From contig JBEKYR010000004.1 of NCBI GenBank assembly GCA_049510745.1, positions 64,001-128,000 on the forward strand: a stretch of 64,000 bases of DNA. Direction: 5' to 3'. The stretch comes from Verrucomicrobiota bacterium (GTDB taxonomy: Bacteria > Verrucomicrobiota > Verrucomicrobiia > Limisphaerales > Palsa-1400). A program made the translations under genes and the position numbers. The first letter of the stretch is position 1; every line of letters starts with the position of its first letter. The notes under the pieces were generated by a model that searched no databases, was not told where the DNA came from, and saw only the letters and a list, made by a program, of their open reading frames with translations. Positions 58,241 to 64,000 of this stretch are shown piece after piece.

Positions 58241-58305
58241 GTTGCGCCGCTGACTCGATGCGCCGGGCCGCCGTCGAGCGTAAGTTTGAGATTCTTGGGG
58301 AAGCA

Positions 58306-58379
58306 GTCAGGGGAATGATTGTCAGAAAAAGGGAAAGAACAGTTTGCAGGATTATTCCCCTGCCAATCATTCCCCTGAC
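58306..58379. repeat. 20-bp inverted repeat element
   Basis: GTCAGGGGAATGATTGTCAG versus reverse complement GTCAGGGGAATGATTGGCAG (19/20). Confidence 0.7.
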
Positions 58380-58566
58380 ACCTCCGGCCTTCTCGCTGCT
58401 CCATCCTCCGTCTTCGCTTTGGTTGCGGCTCTGCAGCGCTGTGCCTTACGCCGTGCGTTTCGTCTGGCCTCCTGCTTGCAATTTTCCAAAAAAACCCCAT
58501 TGTACCGGCGATGAACGTTTCGGGGCCTTTGCAGTCAAACCGAACGGTTCAGGAAAGAATTGAGCT

Positions 58567-59487
58567 ATGAGATTTGCACAGATTGCCAAACGAATAACGC
58601 TGTTCCTGCTGGTCAACCTGCTGGTGATGCTGACCATTGGCGTCATCGTCAGCCTGGTCTTTCGCGGCCCGGTGGCCCGCATGGGCGGATACCAGAATCT
58701 TTTCCTCTTTTGTTTTATTTGGGGCATGGGCGGCGCCTTTATCTCCCTCCTGCTCTCCCGCTGGATGGCCAAGATGATGATGGGCGTCCAGGTGGTCGAT
58801 CCGGATACGTCCGACCCGGACGAACAGCGCCTGGTGCAAACCGTTCATCGCCTGGCCCGCGCCGCCGGACTGCCGGCCATGCCCGAAGTGGGCATCTATA
58901 ATTCGCCCGAAGTCAACGCCTTTGCCACCGGCCCCAGCCGCTCGCGCGCCCTGGTCGCCGTCTCTTCCGGCCTGCTCGCTCACATGCGCCAATACGACGT
59001 TGAAGGCGTGCTCGGCCACGAGACCGCGCACATCGCCAACGGCGACATGGTCACGATGACGCTCATCCAGGGCGTGGTCAACGCCTTCGCCATGTTCCTG
59101 GCCCGCGTGCTGGCGTTTGCGCTCTCGCGCGGTTCCTCACGGGACGACAATCGCGGCGGCAATTTCTTCGTCGAATGGATGCTGATCAATCTCTTCCAGG
59201 TCGTCTTCATGATGCTGGGGATGATTGTGGTGAACTGGTTCTCGCGCTGGCGCGAATTCCGCGCCGACGCCGGCGGCGCCCGCTTCGCCGGGCGCGACCA
59301 CATGCTTTCGGCGCTCAAAACCCTCCAGGCCATTCACGAAGGAGGCGCCGACATCGCGGGCGCGCCACAGCCGGCCTTTCAAGCGCTCAAAATCTCCGGG
59401 AAGAGCAGCGGTCTCCTGGCGCTCTTCGCCAGCCATCCGCCTTTGGAAGAGCGCATCGCGCGGTTGGAACATCCGTCCGCGGATTAG
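58567..59487 (+). CDS. htpX: Membrane protease HtpX
   Basis: NAFATG, GHETAHIANGDMVT, SRWREFRADAG, SHPPLEERI. Confidence 0.95.
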   Translation: MRFAQIAKRITLFLLVNLLVMLTIGVIVSLVFRGPVARMGGYQNLFLFCFIWGMGGAFISLLLSRWMAKMMMGVQVVDPDTSDPDEQRLVQTVHRLARAAGLPAMPEVGIYNSPEVNAFATGPSRSRALVAVSSGLLAHMRQYDVEGVLGHETAHIANGDMVTMTLIQGVVNAFAMFLARVLAFALSRGSSRDDNRGGNFFVEWMLINLFQVVFMMLGMIVVNWFSRWREFRADAGGARFAGRDHMLSALKTLQAIHEGGADIAGAPQPAFQALKISGKSSGLLALFASHPPLEERIARLEHPSAD

Positions 59488-60548
59488 GCAAACGGATCGG
59501 CGCCCCTGGCTCTGACCCGCAGGCCCGTTTTCTCCGGCGCGGCGGCAAAGGAAATCAACCCCCGTTCCGCCGTGACGCCGGCATACGGATCGTTGGTGAT
59601 GAGCAGATTGCCGTCGATGTCCAGGTGGTCGGTCAACTCGGCCAAGTGGGCGGCGGCGCTGATCAAAATGCTCGTCTCGATCATGCAGCCGACCATCGTT
59701 TTGAGGCCCGCCTGGCGCGCTGCTTTGAGGGCCTCGCAAGCCGGCGTCACGCCGCCGGTCTTGAGAAGTTTCACATTGACTCCGTGATAGCACCGGGCGC
59801 AATCGGCGATGTCCTTCGCGTGATGATAGGATTCATCGCCAAACAACGGCAGCGGCGACCGGATCTTCAGCCAGGCCAATTCCTGCACCGGCGTCGCCGC
59901 CGGCATCGGTTGCTCGACGAACTCGATGTGCGGGTCCTTGGCCAGCCATTCGAGGTTGCGCAACGCCTCCTCCTTGGTCGTCCACCCTTCATTGGCATCG
60001 ACGCGCAGCCTCTTCCTGGGCGCGATCTGCCGGAGAGCGGCCAGGTTCTCGCGCTCCCCCTCCGCGCCGATCTTCAATTTGAGAATGGGATACGCTGCCG
60101 CTTCCGCCGTCTTTTGCCGGACCATTTCCGGCGAGTCGATGCCGATGCTGAAGGAGGTGACATGCTGGTTCTCGGCAAAACGCAGCCCCAGAAAATCGCA
60201 CAGAGCCAGCCCGGCCTTGCGCGCCGCGCCATCGGCCAGCGCCACGTTGAGGGCGCATTTGCCCGAGTAATTCTTCGGGGCGACCTTTTCCAGGTAACTC
60301 ATGCTGGCGGGAATGTCGTCGAAGGAAAGTTTCCCGGCATCGACGCGCCGCAAGAAATCCTGGATCGAGGCCGGGGTTTCGGAATAACGGAGCGAGACCG
60401 GCGCTTCGCCCAATCCCGCCGTTGATTTGTCGCTCAGACGCACCAACACGGTGGCGGCCACCTTCGACCCGCCGCCGCTCTTGGCGCCTCTGGCAATGGT
60501 CCAAGTGTGGCTCAATTTCAAGTTGCAGGGGAGGAACTCCAGCTTCAT
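59484..60548 (-). CDS. Dipeptide epimerase (L-Ala-D/L-Glu epimerase, enolase superfamily)
   Basis: GLGEA, KLKIG, RVDANEGW, EQP, DES, NVKLLKTGG, GCMIE, DIDG. Confidence 0.9.
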   Translation of the reverse strand: MKLEFLPCNLKLSHTWTIARGAKSGGGSKVAATVLVRLSDKSTAGLGEAPVSLRYSETPASIQDFLRRVDAGKLSFDDIPASMSYLEKVAPKNYSGKCALNVALADGAARKAGLALCDFLGLRFAENQHVTSFSIGIDSPEMVRQKTAEAAAYPILKLKIGAEGERENLAALRQIAPRKRLRVDANEGWTTKEEALRNLEWLAKDPHIEFVEQPMPAATPVQELAWLKIRSPLPLFGDESYHHAKDIADCARCYHGVNVKLLKTGGVTPACEALKAARQAGLKTMVGCMIETSILISAAAHLAELTDHLDIDGNLLITNDPYAGVTAERGLISFAAAPEKTGLRVRARGADPFA

Positions 60549-60679
60549 AAACTCAGAAGCACACCTCAAACAGCCGCCAAATGCAAGCGTTTAGCGGTTG
60601 GGTTTGCGGCGGCTGGAGTTCGGAACCCCCACACAAGCAACGCCTTCCGCGCGAGTTCGAGGCGGAACCCCGCAATTTG

Positions 60680-60915
60680 CGCGATTCAGCCGCGGTGCAG
60701 AACCATGCGGAAGTTGCCGTGACCCTGGTAATCACACCCAAATCGACCCCCCACGGCAGCGCCCAAACCTGGACCATGGTTTTGGCCGGGGAAACCGCAA
60801 CCCTGGCGGTTGACAGCAACGGAAACTTCACCGGCTCGGGCTGGTATATTTTGGACACCGAAAACAATTCTTATCCCCTGAGTATAACAGATGGTTATCC
60901 TGCCCCGTCCTCCGG
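60680..60915 (+). pseudogene. Possible internal fragment of a beta-rich exported protein
   Basis: AEVAVTLVITPKSTPHGSAQTWTMVLAGETATLAVDSNGNFTGSGWYILDTENNSYPLSITDG looks protein-like but lacks a credible start. Confidence 0.3.
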
Positions 60916-60990
60916 CATGTCCGCCATTGAACCGACAAATGGGCTTGCGTTTGGCCGTGGCCCGTGCGAAATAAGAAGGCCATCAAAAGT

Positions 60991-61067
60991 GCCTCGGTAG
61001 CTCAGTTGGTCAGAGCAGCTGACTCTTAATCAGTTGGTCGTGGGTTCGACTCCCCCCCGGGGCACCA
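60991..61067 (+). tRNA. tRNA-Lys(CTT)
   Basis: GCCTCGG/CCGGGGC acceptor, GCTGA-CTCTTAA-TCAGT anticodon arm, GGTTCGACTCC, encoded CCA. Confidence 0.95.
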
Positions 61068-61610
61068 CTTTTACCCTCGTAAAGAGGCTTGGAGCCTCTC
61101 CCGCCGCCGTCGGACCAGAATCGAAAATATACGATTTTGTATACGTTTATTTTACGGTGACTGCTGCCGCCCGATGGGCATGCAAAACCCGGCGCGAGCA
61201 TCCATGCAAAGCGTTGATAATACAGTGCTTATGCAAGGATATCCCAAGGGGCCGCCGGTCGACGGCGGGTGCAACCATGCGGGATTCCTGGGTGCCCTTC
61301 GGCAGAGGCCGAAGATGGTTGCACAGGGGAAGATCTGTCGAAAACCAAATGCGTTGTGCCTTTGGCTGCCGGGAGGCCCACCGCAAGCAAGGACGCGGGC
61401 AGGCTGGCATATGCCAAATGTCATATACTCGTGCCGGGGCGTTTTCCGGCATATTTGCAGGCATAATTTATTAAAGCCGCTTGGATGTTTAACAGTTGTG
61501 CTTGCCTGAACCATTCGGGGCTAGCCGTCAATCGGCGAGTGGTCAGTTCAAACCACGGAGGGGTGCGGTGTCGAGAATCAGTTTCGCTTAATTTCCAAAA
61601 CGAGCCGCTT

Positions 61611-63416
61611 ATGACCCCGTCAACTGCTCCGGTCGCGCGACAACAAGCCACCGCAGGCATGCTCGCGGACGGATCGGGCCGCATCACCGACGCTCTCAGG
61701 CATGCGCGCTTCGGCGGTGCGTCGGCGGTCTTCGCACTGAACCTTCTGATTGGCCTGCAAGTTGGCGCTGCGTCCGACGAAATGCCGACCGTGCGCTTCA
61801 CGGACATCACGAAGGAAGCCGGCATCACGTTCGTTCATGTAAACGGCGCTTATGGCGAAAAGCTGTTGCCGGAAACGATGGGCGGCGGTGTGGCCTTCTT
61901 TGATTTCGATGGCGATGGCAATCAAGATTTGTTGTTTATCAATTCCTGTTACTGGCCGTGGCAAACGCCCGAAGGCAAGCCGCCGCCCACGATGGCGCTT
62001 TATCACAACGATGGCCACGGTCACTTCACCGATGTGACGAAAGGTTCGGGGCTGGACGTGAGTTTTTACGGCATGGGTGTGGCTATTGGAGATTACGACA
62101 ACGACGGTCTGGACGACGTGTTCATCACCGCCGTCGGCGGCAATCATTTGTTTCACAACGAAGGCCACGGGAAATTTCGTGATGTTACCAGGGAAGCCGG
62201 ACTTGCGGGTTCCACCGGAGATTGGAGCACCGGCGCGGCCTTTGTGGACTACGACAACGATGGAAAGCTCGATCTCTTCGTCTGCAATTACGTCCAATGG
62301 TCTCCGGAAATTGATCACGCCGCCACGTTTGTTTACCCAAAAATCGGACGGGCTTACGGTCCGCCCCGCAATTTCGCCGGCACCTTTCCCAAGCTTTATC
62401 ACAACGACGGCAACGGGCACTTCACCGATGTCTCGGCCGCAGCCGGCATCCAAATCAGAAGCCCGGTGACCGGCCTGCCGGTGGCGAAATCATTGGCTGT
62501 GGCACCGGTGGACGTGGACAACGACGGCTGGATTGATCTGATCGTCGCGAATGACACAGTGCAGAATTTCTTGTTTCACAACGAACACAATGGAACCTTC
62601 AAAGAAATCGGGGCGCGTTCCGGAATTGCCTATGATGCCTACGGCTTGACTCGCGGCGCGATGGGAATTGATGCCGCGCGTTTCCGGGATGATGACACAC
62701 TGGGCATCGCAATTGGGAATTTCGCCAACGAAATGAACGCGCTTTATGTGGCTCAGCGGGACGCCCTGGTGTTCGCCGACGAGGCCACCAAGGAAGGACT
62801 GGGTGAGCCCAGCCAAAAACTTTTGAAGTTCGGACTCTTTTTCTTCGATTACGATCTCGATGGGCGTCTCGACGTGCTCACCGTAAACGGACACCTGGAG
62901 CCTGACATCAGCCGTGCGCAGCCGGACCAGCAGTATCGGCAGCCAGCGCAATTGTTCTGGAACCGGGGCGACAGCCTGCGTTCGGGATTCGTGGTGGTTC
63001 CGCCGGAGAAATGTGGTAGTGATCTGCTCAAGCCGATCGTCGGACGCGGTTCGGCCTATGCCGATATTGATGGCGACGGCGATCTCGACGTGGTCATCAC
63101 GCAGATCGGAGGGCCGCCGTTGCTGTTGCGCAACGACCAAAATTTGGGGCACCACTGGATCCGTCTGAAACTGGTCGGGACGAAAAGCAATCGCGATGCG
63201 ATCGGCGCCTGGATCAAAGCGCGCGTCGGCGGCCGGACACTGTGGCGGCAGGTGATGCCTACGCGCGGTTACCTGTCCCAATCCGAACTCCCGGTGACAA
63301 TCGGCTTGGGCAATCTTGACAAGGTGGACAGTCTGGAAATCCATTGGCCCTCGGGCATAATCCAGAAGGTGACTCCGTTGATTGATCGCTTGACGACTGT
63401 GACCGAGATCCCATAA
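61611..63416 (+). CDS. CRTAC1-family protein (FG-GAP repeats plus ASPIC/UnbV domain)
   Basis: FTDITKEAGI, LPETMGGG, repeated DxDxDGxxD motifs, SNRDAIGA...GYLSQS; start uncertain. Confidence 0.9.
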   Translation: MTPSTAPVARQQATAGMLADGSGRITDALRHARFGGASAVFALNLLIGLQVGAASDEMPTVRFTDITKEAGITFVHVNGAYGEKLLPETMGGGVAFFDFDGDGNQDLLFINSCYWPWQTPEGKPPPTMALYHNDGHGHFTDVTKGSGLDVSFYGMGVAIGDYDNDGLDDVFITAVGGNHLFHNEGHGKFRDVTREAGLAGSTGDWSTGAAFVDYDNDGKLDLFVCNYVQWSPEIDHAATFVYPKIGRAYGPPRNFAGTFPKLYHNDGNGHFTDVSAAAGIQIRSPVTGLPVAKSLAVAPVDVDNDGWIDLIVANDTVQNFLFHNEHNGTFKEIGARSGIAYDAYGLTRGAMGIDAARFRDDDTLGIAIGNFANEMNALYVAQRDALVFADEATKEGLGEPSQKLLKFGLFFFDYDLDGRLDVLTVNGHLEPDISRAQPDQQYRQPAQLFWNRGDSLRSGFVVVPPEKCGSDLLKPIVGRGSAYADIDGDGDLDVVITQIGGPPLLLRNDQNLGHHWIRLKLVGTKSNRDAIGAWIKARVGGRTLWRQVMPTRGYLSQSELPVTIGLGNLDKVDSLEIHWPSGIIQKVTPLIDRLTTVTEIP

Positions 63417-63439
63417 TGAAATTTTGCGGCTAATCGCTT

Positions 63440-64000
63440 ATGAACGACTACATCGAACGGGTGGTGAATCTGCTCGATCCTGCCCTGAACCGGATCCATA
63501 ACATGACGCTTGAGCAGGCCCAGCAGCGAGTCCTCTCAGGTCAACCCGGCGCTGTGCGGGAAATCGACGGCTCCTTTGCATTGGTTGCGCGCGAGGGCAA
63601 GACCGTTCGAATGGCGCGCTCGATGGACCGGCCGATGCGTTACTTTTTGGCCAAGCGCGCCGAAGGACCGGCGCTCATTGTCGCCGATCGGATCGATGCC
63701 CTATTCAACCAGCTCAGGGCGGAAGGGCTTGAAGGACAGTTCCATCCCAGCTACACGCGAATGGTGCCGGCGCATTATTTGGTTGAACTTCAGCTCATTG
63801 GATGTCCCGATCCCGATCCGATCTACACACGTTATTTTGCGCCGCAACGCGATTCGCTTTCGGCCGATCTGGATGAGATTGGCCGGAGGTACATCGGCGC
63901 GCTGGCGGATGAGATTGCAAAGTGGCTGAGGCGAATTCCGCCGATGGAACCGATCGGCGTCGCGTTCTCGGGCGGCGTGGACAGCGGCGCCGTTTTCCTC
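63440..64000 (+). CDS. Asparagine synthase-related protein (runs off the window)
   Basis: MNDYIERVVNLL...IDGSFALV...PIGVAFSGGVDSG (PP-loop); not in the ORF track; no N-terminal Cys. Confidence 0.85.
   Translation, partial: MNDYIERVVNLLDPALNRIHNMTLEQAQQRVLSGQPGAVREIDGSFALVAREGKTVRMARSMDRPMRYFLAKRAEGPALIVADRIDALFNQLRAEGLEGQFHPSYTRMVPAHYLVELQLIGCPDPDPIYTRYFAPQRDSLSADLDEIGRRYIGALADEIAKWLRRIPPMEPIGVAFSGGVDSGAVFL

Overview
GC-rich bacterial chromosome window. Gene content suggests Verrucomicrobiota subdivision 3 (Pedosphaera-like); this is an inference from H-X9-DG prepilins, a planctomycete-type cytochrome c, a CRTAC1 protein and large Ig-repeat exoproteins. Housekeeping blocks (FNR-like reductase-gcvT-gcvH-RDD-lspA-rluD; ilvN-ilvC; sppA-M24 peptidase-htpX-dipeptide epimerase; glxK) alternate with exported-protein loci, three type II toxin-antitoxin pairs, an ECF sigma/anti-sigma operon and three tRNAs (Thr-CGT, Lys-TTT, Lys-CTT). 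Main observations: (1) five unrelated secreted proteins, plus one orphan relic, end in a similar ~60-aa C-terminal module (a W motif, a Y/F...S/T-T-N/D-L...W motif, then F/Y-Y/F-R within a few residues of the C-terminus), a candidate lineage-specific sorting domain; (2) an unannotated Val-rich, apparently leaderless leader peptide and terminator upstream of ilvN-ilvC; (3) a decayed tRNA-Thr island with a GIY-YIG gene split by a 377-bp MITE (26-bp TIRs, 8-bp TSD), an integrase relic and an iteron-like array whose 22-bp core recurs near tRNA-Lys(CTT); (4) many intergenic 3'-end gene relics and several dispersed palindromic repeat families. No CRISPR array, rRNA, reverse transcriptase or intact transposase was seen. 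All family assignments are by eye from motifs; no database search was run.
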